Assembly: GCA_051294905.1 (NCBI GenBank)
Contig: CM119378.1
Location: 20,212,001-20,276,000, forward strand
Length of the DNA: 64,000 nucleotides
Source of the DNA: Botryllus schlosseri
Taxonomy: Eukaryota
Direction: 5' to 3'
Shown: in pieces, positions 40,215 through 52,430 of the stretch
How the letters are laid out: each line of letters starts with the position of its first letter
How positions within the stretch are numbered: the stretch's first letter is position 1
Notes under the pieces: generated by a model
The model's database searches: none
What the model saw: only the letters and a program-made list of their open reading frames with translations
What the model was told of the DNA's origin: nothing
Translations under genes and position numbers: made by a program

Positions 40215-40413
40215 ATTGACTGCTTACGACTGATGATAACAGCCGAGAATTCATTGAGCAACCTCATATCGTTTCTTAAAAACTGCAACGTAACACGGCA
40301 AGAATGGGCAATCAGTCAATTTCATCTCGTCCAACTTTCCACTGCCGACCAAGAATTGCTTAAAAAAACTGCGGTTGACGTGGGAGTATCATTGGTGATC
40401 AGAACATTCACAC
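40215..40413 (+). CDS. Candidate NLR distal exon (IDCLRLMIT...VIRTFT)
   Basis: Acceptor ATTAACCAG|, donor AC|GTATGT (phase 1), in frame with the previous exon. Confidence 0.62.
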
Positions 40414-40467
40414 GTATGTTGCAGTTTCTATCATATTCTTTGAACATTTCATCCGTCACTTCCAGAC

Positions 40468-41365
40468 CAGACTTGGACCACTAGAAAATATTCAGCTTTT
40501 CTGAATTAGATTAGAATTAGAATTAGAGCTCCACCGTTTTTTCAAATTAGATTAGAATTAGAATTAGAGCTACACAGTTTTTCCAAAATAGATTAGAATT
40601 AGAATTAGAGCTACGCAGGTTTTTCCAAATTAGATTAGAATTAGAATTAGAGCTACGAAGCTTTTTCCAAATAAGATTAAAATTAGAATTAGAGCTACTT
40701 AGTTCGCAAAAACTTGGGAATTGAATGAAATTGTATATGGGAAATGATTACAGCAAAATTCAGTTCACATCAAATCACATTGCGTGGTGCAAAAGGCCGT
40801 CAGGCGATAAGTGCCACATATTTTTGTTTAATAAACGGCAACAACAACAACATTGCATTCTCATAGCCATGAGAATGGTTAACTCATGTACACCAAGCTT
40901 GGCTCGATTTTTACTATACTTTAAAAAAATATTACTTCTTTTATGGTAACCCTGGGCATCGCCCATGTCAGTCAGAACGGCGATGTAGTAACGTAACGTT
41001 TTAAAAACTAGAATGTTGTTCGCAGACTACAAGCTACTCTAGCAGGCAATTATTCGTCATAATATCTACTATGACTGCACGGGGTAAGTAAGGCGATGGC
41101 GGCTTGGCACTGGATTTCCTTGCGCAAGAGGGATATTCTTGTTAACCCACTGCAATAGTGCAATATGCCTCAGACAAAGAGATTTTCAGGAAAACAATAA
41201 TTAGATTAGAACTAGAATTAGAGCATGGAAACATTTCACAAATTAGATCATAGTTAGAATTAGAGCATGTGAACATTTTACAAATTAGATTAGAATTAGA
41301 TTGCCTGCATTTCGCTCTAATTCAGTGGAATTATACAACTAGAATTATCTAGTTGTCCAAGTCTC
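40468..41365. mobile_element. Non-autonomous hAT, 898 bp, with TTAGAA subterminal repeats
   Basis: About 21-bp imperfect TIR (AGACTTGGAC[C/A]ACTAGA); TSD TTCCAGAC at 40460-40467 and 41366-41373. Confidence 0.88.
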
Positions 41366-41574
41366 TTCCAGACAGGGGCAGTCGTGATTTGGTGCATTTT
41401 CAAGTAACCGTATTAGCAATTGATTACACTCGAAAAAATGTAATCGTAATCAGACTTATAATTATAATCGATTATTTTACGTAATCGCATAATCGCATTC
41501 TAAGCAAAAGAACGATAATTTATTTTCCTTCTTATCATGACCTCTCGAACATCCGGTGTTCTTCAATTTTGTAA

Positions 41575-42505
41575 CCGTGGACCCCTTCAAGTTTTTTGGG
41601 CGGTTGTGCGTATCCCCATCATTTCACATCACATCAAGCTCAACTCCATTCAGGCTATTTCATGCCTAAAATAAACCAACTAATGACTATGGAGAAGGTG
41701 GTACTAGTCCCACTCATGGCGTCATTTTCGAATGATAATAATCTGCTTTTGTTGTATCTGGATGATCTGGTTCAACATTGCCCTTTGACGTGGACCCTAT
41801 GTTAAGAAGCCCTGTCCGAGACAAATCGTTATTGCCAGATTCTTCATTCTACATTTTATTATGCCCTCAGCGATCCGCTTTTTCAGCACATTAGCATGTG
41901 TTTTAGCTACAATGAAAATCGTTCGGATAGGGTAATCATTAATCATAAAGTTTGGCAATGGATATAAAAAGCAAATGTGGTCATAATATTCAAACTTTAG
42001 TTTCTCATTTGGCATTCTTATCGCCATCCTTATAATGTCTATATCGCGGACCCCTTCAGGTTTTTTGAACGGTTGCGCGTATCCCCATAATTTGACATCA
42101 TATCAAGCTCAACTCCATTTAGGCTATTTCATGCCTAAAATAAACCAACTAATGACCAGAGTAGGTATAGTCCCATTACCACTCATGGCGTCATTTCCGA
42201 ACGATAATAATATGTTTTTGTAGTATCGTGATGATTTGACCAGAAGGGGTCCGTGGACCCTATTTCAAAAACCCCTGCCCTAGAAAAATAGTTATTGAAC
42301 GATTCTTCATTCTACATTTGAATCTGCCGCCAGCGATCCGCGTATCCAACACGTTAGCATGGATTGTAGCAACAATGAAAATCATTCGGGTCGGGTAATC
42401 ATTAGCTATAAAGTTGGGCTATGGATATAAAAAACAAATGGGGTCATGATATCCAATAGTTATTGTCTTATTGGGCAGTCTTATCGCAATCCTTACATTG
42501 TCTGC
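41575..42505. repeat. Diverged ~465-bp tandem duplication
   Basis: 41575-42040 aligns to 42041-42505, sharing e.g. GGCTATTTCATGCCTAAAATAAACCAACTAATGAC; each unit contains a hAT-like end. Confidence 0.85.
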
Positions 42506-43231
42506 AAATATGTGTTCAATGCTCAAGTTCAAGAAAGCGTTATAAATATAATCGTGATTACCTTTCCATAACATCGAAATGGAAGATGCTACTTCGAGAA
42601 TTTGCTGTAAACGTAATTATAATCCCACGATGTTGTGTAGAAGTAATAGTAATCAAATCACAATGGATTACATCGATGCCGTAATCATCCTATGCGTTGC
42701 CACCGAGCAACAATGTATATGATGATAATAATAGTTTCCATCAATTGATTAATTAGGTGTATATGTTCTAATGAGTTAAGACCATATGTGTGAAATACCA
42801 CGCGTACCGCTCTCTTAAAATCATACTTCAAACTTTCAAACGCCGTAATGATTTCATATGTTAAGAGAGTGACAAAAGCAATGGCGAGCTTTGATTATAC
42901 AATACTGAAGGGCCTTAAGCGATACCATGAAGTATATCGCTATATCGCAAAATTATTTTGCGTCCATTAAAAAGATTAAAAAAAGGGAAAAGATGTTTAG
43001 ATCCGGAATACCCGTGAACCCGTTTCTCATTTCATGTATTTTATTATAAATTGTAAGGCATGAACCATATGCTGTTGTGATAAACTAAAACCTATATGTA
43101 ACTTTAAAAACCGAAAAATAAATTGGATGATTTTCCGGCATATTAACCTACCCATGGGAACACGCAGGATAAATATCTATTTAATCAATGGGTTTTTGTT
43201 TCGCGGAAGGATTGGTTTATCGTATTGAATT

Positions 43232-43534
43232 CAATTAAATAGTATATTCATATTGAAATGAACCCGAATATTTTCGGCTGACACTCGTCAGGGGTAATCG
43301 TCAGCAACTAGTAGAGAATTGGAAAGAACATTGTATATCAACAATCGTATCACAAAATATGACGTCACCAGCATGAAATTTCGAATGAGAGAGCGTACAT
43401 TGAACGATTGTTGTGATACGATTGTTGATATACAATGTTCTTTCTAATTCTCTACTAGTTGCTGACGATTACCCCTGACGAGTGTCAGCCGAAAATATTC
43501 GGGTTCATTTCAATATGAATATACTATTTAATTG
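43232..43534. repeat. Near-perfect long inverted repeat (124-bp arms, 55-bp spacer)
   Basis: 43232-43355 is the reverse complement of 43411-43534 with one mismatch. Confidence 0.95.
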
Positions 43535-43600
43535 TATATTGAAGTTCTGTACCTCCAAGAAGCTCTTCAAGTATTGAATTCAATTCAATTCTCTTCCCAG

Positions 43601-43659
43601 GTATCGACCATGGTGACGCATGGAGCAAAGTCTATTTCCGAATGCTCGGGAGAAGTTGA
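43601..43659 (+). CDS. Candidate terminal NLR exon (R-IDHGDAWSKVYFRMLGRS*)
   Basis: Strong acceptor CAATTCTCTTCCCAG|; phase 1 matches exon 40215-40413; TGA at 43657-43659. Confidence 0.55.
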
Positions 43660-43740
43660 TCAGGTTGTGGCGATTTGACGCAAGACGTACATATGATTAA
43701 CGATTTTTCGTATTGTATCATCGTGATATTATATATGTTG

Positions 43741-43746
43741 AATAAA
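43741..43746 (+). terminator. Candidate polyadenylation signal of the NLR gene
   Basis: AATAAA 82 nt after the predicted stop; such hexamers are common in AT-rich DNA. Confidence 0.35.
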
Positions 43747-44574
43747 TCACTCGATGGCAATTGAATAATAATGGCTTAACTGAATTATAATATACTGAAG
43801 GAAAATTGCGTCGCAGTACAGAGGGGACATATGAATATCTCGGGTTATTTGCCACAAAATGTTTCGAACCGAAAGGCTGATCGGATTTTCCAAGTATAGC
43901 TTGAGCGCACAAAGGAACGCCTAGGGTGCTTTAAATGGCGCGGGAACACATCGGTATGAGCGTGGATATCTGGATATCTGGACAGCTGGTGCACTGTATA
44001 CGGGTACCAGTACCATTTAAATTTATCAAATTTTCCCGGATTAATTACCAAGTACAATATAAAAAATATATTTAATTTGAGTTGAGCCAAGCGCCGAATA
44101 CCGTTGGCTCTTGAGTTTTAAACCGGAAAGCAGGTGCAACAGGAGTCGGTGACTTAAATCACAATACACGCAACGTCGCAGGTACAGACGGTCTTCACCT
44201 AACTCGGCGTTTCCTAAACTTATCGCGGAACCAGGCAAGTACAATATTACAAGCACACAATATGATTTTATTTATTCCACGGAGAATAACGAGTGCAACT
44301 AGAACCGAGTGCAATGATGCTTACAAGTCTCGGCCTGATGATAAAATCACCGCAGCACCACGTTGACACGATTCACAACATCTCGAACAGCCGATCATCA
44401 TCCTGATCCACGTTTCAGACTCGGGGTTGCAGCTGGAAAAGCCGAGGAATAAATTAGCCGCGTCAAATCATATATATATCGCGAAAGAGCAAAAGGCGAA
44501 TAATGTACTACTACAAACCGTTTCCTGGTCTGATAGCAGACCGAATGTACCCGTGATCAGATCGGAACACAGCA

Positions 44575-44682
44575 ACTTGCCATTACCGAACGTCATCAGG
44601 AGCTATATCAGTAACGGAGGGATAAACCCTCTCCTTTTCTGTGGCGAAGCCGGCTATGCCAATAACCCGAAGGAGCAGTTGC
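44575..44682 (-). ncRNA. Candidate structured RNA motif 1 (copy A); homologues at 52169-52277 (+) and 61540-61645 (-)
   Basis: Closing stem GCAACU/AGUUGC, cUUCGg hairpin, AGG/CCU hairpin, long stem with G-U pairs, GGAG:CUCC pseudoknot, CUGAUGA. Expression unknown. Confidence 0.45.
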
Positions 44683-45059
44683 AATCTACTTCGATCTGCA
44701 CAGCGATCATAGTTAGCGTCGTCGAAAATAAGTATCAACCGGACATCCACCCGTAACACAAATAGCAGACAAACGTAACCAAAAGCACACAAAACACAAG
44801 AAATAAAACAACTTCGACGACGCGGCAATACAACATAAAGCTAAACAACACACTAATACCAATGGGGCATAACAAAGGAGGGGACAGATAAGCATTAAAA
44901 GACACCCACACACACGCCAACAACGATACAAAAAGGTGATTGAAAATCAGGCACTCTATACACACACGCGGGATACACTTGAAATGACATTTGAAATGTT
45001 GAAGAATCGACGACCCTACTATGGCGAAACTATTATTCAACGGCCCAGCGAGGGAGACT

Positions 45060-45720
45060 ATAAACTACACTTGTTGAAGAATGACCTATGTTGATCAACG
45101 AGACAAACGAGGATGAAACTATACGATTTTCGTGAAGAGGGTGAAACTATAATATTCGTTACTACGAGGCCGAAACTGATGGGAGATCTACAAATGTTGT
45201 AAAATGGAACATTTCAACGGTGGTGAAACAGTTGATGAACAAAACAACGATGAAACTACAATTTACGTCATGAGAGTGAAACTATATAATATTCGTTACA
45301 ACGAGGCCGAAACTGATGGGAGATCTACAAATGTTGTAAAATGGAACATTTCAACGATGGAACATTTCAACGAGGGTGAAACAGTTTATCAACGAAACAA
45401 CGAGGATGAAACTACAATTTTCGTTATGAGGGTGAAACTATGTTGTGAAATGGAACATTTCAACGGGGATGAAACCGGTAATCAACGAAACAACGAGGAT
45501 GAAACTACAATTTTGGTTAAAGAGAGTGAATAATGTTGTGAAATGAAACATTTCAACGAGGGTGAAACAGGTAATCAACGAAACAAAGATGAAACTACAA
45601 TTTTCGTTAAGAGGGTGAAACTAAAATCTTCGTGACGAGGGTTAAACTATAATAATCGACAATCAAACTTCATATATTGAAGAATCGACGATGTAACGTG
45701 GGTGGAATTATAATCGACGT
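45060..45720 (+). repeat. Degenerate ~93-bp tandem array inside repeat copy A
   Basis: Repeated AACGAGGATGAAACTACAATT and AACGAGGGTGAAAC blocks; same unit as 63140-64000. Confidence 0.88.
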
Positions 45721-46294
45721 TTTAGCAAGGGTGAAACTGGAATATACAGTTACGGATGTTGAAGGACCGACGATCCAACAACAGACGACCCAACAACAAG
45801 ACTGAAACAAAACATAGCGCTATGCACAAGCACCCAGATACCAACAGACGTACACATACCGAAAAATAGAACAAACACACAAATGAAGAGATCTGCAAAT
45901 GTTTTACTGACCAACAACCACCCGTTCACTTTGCACAAACCCATCTGGAACACGCTTACGATCACGAGGGAATCGACTTGTAATCGAAGGACACTCGCAC
46001 ACTACCCAAATCCAGCATGAACTATATGACAGATGAATCAAACATGACCTCCATAAGACGAGTGTGAGAGCAATGGCGACACTGCACTGATGTCGACACA
46101 AACTATGATCACTATGGCATCGTTCAACCCAACAGTCAGTCCCAAGAAACGATTCGTACTATCGCTGGTAAGCCACACCAAGAACTAGTTTTGACATAAA
46201 AATTTGAAACATCGATTTTTGTTGGAATTCGATCCGTTGATACAATTATGAAAAGCCGAATAGTGAAGCCAGAAACCAGTCCCGGAACACCAGA

Positions 46295-46415
46295 CGATGA
46301 CCGACGAACCATTTACCGCACTTCGTCAGGGGTTATAACGGTAAACGGCAGGGCGCCACCTCCCCTTTTCTGTCGCTTAGCCGGCGAAGCCAATAGCCCG
46401 AAAGGGTCGTTGCGA
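46295..46415 (-). ncRNA. Candidate structured RNA motif 2 (copy A); homologue at 50694-50810 (+)
   Basis: Same architecture as motif 1 with different stem sequences; GGGG:CCCC pseudoknot; CUGACGA or CUGAAGA. Confidence 0.45.
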
Positions 46416-49400
46416 TGTGCATAGAAAATACACACATCGGCGTCATTTCGTCTAGCATTCCTGACCAAACACGATTCATCAACGAACGAGGACAACTATA
46501 GCGTATAGCTCATCAGCGAAACAGCACAATTCACTAACACGACTATCTACGTTCCTACCACCGTGTTACCATTCTTTACCATGGAAGGTACTTAAACTTC
46601 CACGTCGGATTGGAGGCTTTACAGTCCACATACGCCAGAAATGAATGAGAACCGATCGCTATCTCTGCGCTAGTAATATCAAGCTGCGGTGAAAAAAGCC
46701 CTTTTTCTAAAGAAGTCAAGAAACTCTGATTGCTACCTTAATTGGTGACTGCCAATGATAACTCAGTTAGCAATTGTTATCTCGACAAAATCAGAGAAGG
46801 AGACTTTATGATCTAGGTTCCTCATCGCCACCCAATCAGCACTAGTGGTGTCTCGCAATATCATGGAACGGTGGTTCTCGACCTTTATGATATCGTGACA
46901 ATCTCTGACAAGGGAGCATGGTTTGCAGCACCCTAGTAGGCTGCTTGAAATGCAATGGGTGTGATATTTGGGGAGTAGATGACTAATATAATGATCTTAT
47001 ATCTCTGTAATATTTCTGTTCAGCCCAGATTTTCATGCTGTTGAGCAAAATATGTCATCACTTTCGGAAAAGCCCAAGTATCACGCACTGCAGGCGATGG
47101 ACAATGTTATGTCATCTGCTTCCCATTGATTTTAAGAATTCAGATGTCCTTTCAGGATACAATAAATACGGTGTTATCTGTAATTGAAGTAAAATGTGTG
47201 AGTAACATATTGGCACAGCATTTTTCTTAGTAATCCATATATTGGAACTGCAGTGAAATGCAGGTCATCGCAACATTTGCTATATTTATGGCACGTTTTT
47301 CTTCACTATTACCACTTTCTTGGCGCGGTCAAGCCAGAAAATAATTCATAATTGTATTGGTCTAAAACAGTGATTCATAACCGCCAGTCAGTGCCGAGTT
47401 TCCTGCCGGTCGGTCAAATATATTAAAATTTTATATATCAATTTCGAAATGCAATAAGTTGGACTGAAGCCCATTTATTAGAGAAATCAAACATGAAACT
47501 TTAAATTCAATCAGGCGTTTGCAACGTATTTTCAGTATGACGTCATAGTAGTTCATGATCTACATACTTGGATGTCGGTCACAAGCGTTGTAATACCGCA
47601 GTGGTTCTCAACCGGCGTGCCGCGGCACACTAGGGTGCCATTTATGTCTCGCAGGTGCCGCGAGCGTTTTTCTTTTTTAATTTTGAAATTATGCGCAAAA
47701 TAATTCTAGTCTATAGCTAACGATCAATAATCTAAATCGAGCTTGATGTGAAGTTTGTACATTTGGACAATTAAAAATTAATGTTGTGCCCTTAATCAAT
47801 AACCCCCTCGAATTCGCTTTACCGGACATACCGCGTGCCTTGAAGGCTGTATTCAGTTTTTCTATACATAACTAACCTACGGATAGATACCCAACACCCG
47901 CCATCACGCTTGCTTGCCGGGAGGAAATTACTGCTCAGCAATCTGAACGCAGCATTATTGCTAATCCCATAGCAAACCACCTGAACGCTCAAATTAAATA
48001 TAGTTGATCTTATTTGAAAGCTACTGTCGCACTGATTTCGAAAAGGGTGCCGCGAGGTCAAAAAGGTACTAGCGTCACAAGCGTTTTACTAAACCAGTGA
48101 CTCCCAAGCGCGGCTCCAAAGTAGCCTTTTTGCCGTTCTGATTGACATTCAAATATGCCACAAAAATATAATGGGCGGCACTTCTTGTTTGTTTCTAGGA
48201 ATAGTTACAGTCATTTATTGTATATACATGCTAAAATGACAGATATTAGCTATTTCTAAAGGCTGGTCATAGAACTTTATATATCGTCTCTGTGAAGAGT
48301 GAATTTCGACACTATTTTAGTATCATCAAAATAATTGCTCATAGTCAAGTATGAATTGCAATAATTCTACTATTACTGAGCGTATAATCCCCCGGAAACT
48401 TGTCCATTAAGTGCTGGAATGAATGAAAAGCTATCACGTAACGTCATAATAGTATGTTGTAGTGCGTATATCAGGGTACTTTTCAAAGACATGCTGCTGA
48501 GTGCATGGATGCGCTATAGGCTTCATCCCTAGCTGCGTGTTGCTTGGTAAAACAGCCATGTTTTTTTTTGCTTGCTTCGCTAGCAGGACGGCATCAGTGG
48601 AGTGTATGTATTCACTGCGTGATTTTTTCTCATAATGTCGACTCAAATTATAATGCATAAACACGGGGACCTGCTCGGTGCTCACCATAAACTAAAAATA
48701 CCAGTTCACGGCCGACTTCAGTAAATAAATATTTACTACTCCAAATCTCGCTGAAACGTAGGCCGTCAATCTCACCTATCATTGTCTGACATAACATCGT
48801 TTATGAATGAGGATGACCACTAATCAACTGCACTGCTTGCATTACTTTATGAATTGGGATTTGGAAACTTATGACGTAACAGATTAAAGCAGGAGTGTCA
48901 GGCTCAAATTGCGTCGCGGGCAAGATTCAAGCCTTCAAATCGCTCGCGGGCCGGACCAGTCGACTGATTCCAAATTGTTACCTCGTGCTCTTGCTTTTCA
49001 TTTGAATACCTTTGAACAGACAGAGGGATAATACGCGGATCATATGGATTTTAAAGTAGCAAGTCGCAACACTTTTATTCGCGAACAATGGAATTAGCAA
49101 AAGGCGATGATTGTCCGGTTGAATACAGCTATAACAGGGGCGTCAACGACGATGTAAGTTGGCATATTCTATGCTTCCTTTGATTTCGTTATAATCTGGC
49201 GCTAGCCTTGCATACGCTTCGCGACGAATACAAGATATTCAACTGGAAACGCGGACGCTGGAATTTGGTTTATTATTATTAAACCACGAGTCCGGTTTCT
49301 CTAACGTCTGGGGATCTATTGGGTCGGAAGTGACACAGCCGTACGACCATATATATTTCAATATGTGTCTGTGCAACTAATTTATTTCCATAAATTGCAT

Positions 49401-50492
49401 ATAACGGTTCCGCAATGGCGTTTTCGCTTCTGTCAATAACTACTTTTCGATCCATATTTCTATAAAACTCTGACCTTCGTGAGCACTTTTTGCCTTCTTG
49501 AAATTGTATGTCAATTTAACCTACTTGTTACGACATTATTTACTAATCGGCTTTATTTTGAACCTGGATTACTCACACGACGTACATAGGTTACTTAATC
49601 ACGGAATGTCAAAGTAACCGTACTTCCAGTTCACTTTACACAGTAGTTTCTGTCCACGCATCAACATAAACAATTAGATTTTATAGTATAAATTCGAAGG
49701 AACTTGCCGAGGACCGCTTAGAATTGCATCGTGGTTCGCATTTGGCCCGCGGGCCGCACAATGCCCAGATGTGGTGTAGAGCCAAACAAGAGAGGTCGAC
49801 CGGTTCAGTCATATTGTTATCTCATCGTTATGGACGATGTTGTCACGAGCCTCCATTGGTACCACCTCCTGATCTGATCGGTGGAGGAGGTGCACAGATT
49901 AAAAAATCTTAACAACATTCAAGAATAAAAAACTCATGCCAAGTGCTGCTATACAAACTAACCGACTGATTGGGCGTCTGGGACCCATATGCTGTGTACG
50001 CACGTTTGCCCGAGATTTGAGTATGCAACATAATACTTGCCCATGCGACTTTATAACCCCAACTTAAACTAGCCCACAGGCGCCGTTATGGCGTTGGTTG
50101 ATTTTTCTTAGTTGTTGCTGGCTTTCCAGTTCCCGCATCTTGCACTACGGAGCCGCGACTATGTTTCAATTTCGGAGAGTGCCACGTCAAAGAGGTTGAG
50201 AACCACTGTAGTAGAATTTCGTGAGACACCGCTAGAACCGTTTGGATGGCGATGTGGAGCCTTGATTGTATAATGTCCCCTGACATTTTCGAGATTACAA
50301 TTACCACCAGAGCCATTATAGGCAGTTAGGCACTGATCAATTGTGTTAGCAATCACAGTCTCTTGACTGGCTTATAGGAAGAGATTTCTTCGTCGCTGCT
50401 TAATAGTAGGCCTACTAGCGTAACGCGTTCATCTCTTGTGTAACTGGGCTGGGGAGCCTTGGAGCAGCTGCAAACTACTGAGAACCATATTT

Positions 50493-52430
50493 GGTAGACT
50501 ACGGTAACAAGGTTGTAGGGAAGTAGATATTTGTGCTATACATTGACGCTGTCTCGCTCATGTTCTCTGTTATAGTTATGCTTGATGGTCGATCAATCGC
50601 TACAGTACACAGTCAGCAATAAACGGACGACGTGTCTCTTGTCGTGTTTGGTTTGGAACCCTAAACATGACTTCGACGTGTGTATTTTATATGCACGTTG
50701 GAACGAACCCTTCGGGCTATTGGCTTCGCCGGCTAAGCGACAGAAAATGGGAGGTAATACCCTGCCGTTTACCGCTATAACCCCTGAAGAAGTGCGGTAA
50801 ATGGTTCGTTGGTCATCGTTTCGGGTTCCATGACTTGTTTTCGGCTATACTATTCGGCTTTTTCTAATTGAATCAACATTCGAATTTCAACAGAAACATT
50901 TCTTCAAAAATTTCAAGGCGAGTCGTTCTCGATGTGGCTTGTGTACCAGCGATGGTAAGAACTGTTTCTGGGAATTGATCGCGGGGTTAAACGATGACGG
51001 CGATCATAGTTCTTGTCGACATCAGTGTCGTATCGCTATCATCCTTGCACTTATTGTTGTGGACGGTATACGTTTGACCCTACTGCGTTGATAATATTTC
51101 TGAGAGGATTTTGATTGTGTACGAGTGTCGCTCTTCGATTTACAAATCCAATCCCCGTGTAATGATAAGTTCTTGAAAAGGGAGCGAGTCGCTGTTCGTT
51201 GATTCCAACATTTGTGTGATACCGGTGCATGATAGCGTGTTGGTCCGGTAATCTTTCTTCGTTGGTGTCATCGTACTTGGGCCCGCCCCTCATGCTTTGT
51301 AGCATTCATTGTATGTGTGTTGTGATTGCATGATTTACCTGAATGTCATTCTGTGTTGTGACCCCCTGCTTGGATTTAAAGAAGTTTTGTTTTGTTGTGT
51401 GGCCTGGGTGGATCGTCGATCCTTCAACATTTGTAGATATTATTTTGTAGATTTCTCCCGCGTGTGCGAGAGTGCGTGTGTCGGTATTTCAATTCTTTAT
51501 CGCAAAATGTTGTAGGTCCTTCTCAATTCTTGTAAATATCTCACCAAGCTTCTTACGCGTGTGGGCGAGGGTTGGGTTTTTAATCCTTCAGTTATAGTTG
51601 TTGATGTATGTCTGGGTCTTTCGTCCTGTTCATTACGTCTCGCGCATGTCCTCCTGTGCAGGTGTTTTTGTGGGTGTGTCTGTCCCTTGTTACTTTCGTC
51701 CGTTCGTCACGTTTTGTTATCGTTGGTGATGTATGTCTGTGTCCTACGTCCTGTTCATTTAAGTCTCGAGCACGTCCTATGTCTGTCTGTCACTTGTTAC
51801 TTTAGTCCGTTCCATTACGTTTCGTGTCCTTGTGTAGGTGCCTTTGTGTCTGTGTCTGTGTCTGTCCAATATTTTTTGTCCAGTCCGTTACGTCTCGTGT
51901 CCTCTATGCGTAGGTTTTTCCCTATTTCTTTGCTCTCGTCCGATATGCCGCGTGTTCCTTATCGGGCTCCGATCTCGCATGTTATTGCAGCATGGTCCCC
52001 GTATTTATTTCATTCTGTTTTCCATTCGACCTTGGTTTCTGTTCCATAAGTTTCCCCAACGTTTTGTCGTATCATATGTTCGGTGGATTCTTTTCATGTC
52101 CGGTTGATTCTTATTTTCGTTGTTTCTTCGGCACTAACTATGATCGCGGTGCAGATCAAAAGTAGATTGCAACTGATCCTTCGGGTTATTGGCGTAGCCG
52201 GCTTTGGCACAGAAAGGAGAGGTTTGCCCTGTCATTACTGATATAGCTCCTGATGAAGTTCGGTAATGGCAAGTTGCTCTTTACTGATCTGATCACGGTA
52301 CATTAGGTCAACTATCAGACTCGATACACGGTTTGTTTTGGAAACTTCGCCTTTGTTCTTCCGCGAATTCACCAACCGTCCTTTGGTTTGATACGGCTAA
52401 TCGATTCTTTGCTTTTGTAGCTGGACATCA
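50493..52430 (-). mobile_element. Unclassified dispersed repeat, copy B (inverted, lacks the 93-bp array)
   Basis: Reverse complement aligns to about 44440-44740 and 45755-46580; carries different internal repeats at about 51600-51900. Confidence 0.8.

Larger units (their letters stand above)
43795..46580 (+). mobile_element. Unclassified dispersed repeat, copy A (strand-asymmetric, A/C-rich on +, non-coding)
   Basis: Colinear homology to 60420-64000 (same strand) and 50493-52430 (opposite strand); no transposase or RT motifs; ends not defined. Confidence 0.8.

Noticed and set aside
44575-44682. Canonical hammerhead, HDV-like or twister ribozyme call
   Set aside because: CUGANGA and GAAA are present, but stems I-III and the UH site could not be built in any permutation; twister and HDV topologies also failed. 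Kept only as an unclassified structured motif.
47599-50208. Single 2.6-kb hAT defined by the perfect TIR pair CAGTGGTTCTCAACC
   Set aside because: Flanks TAATACCG and TAGTAGAA do not match, and a truncated right end already lies at about 48064; probably two separate fragments.
51561-52107. Cys/Val/Leu-rich ORFs
   Set aside because: By-product of T/G-rich low-complexity sequence in repeat copy B.
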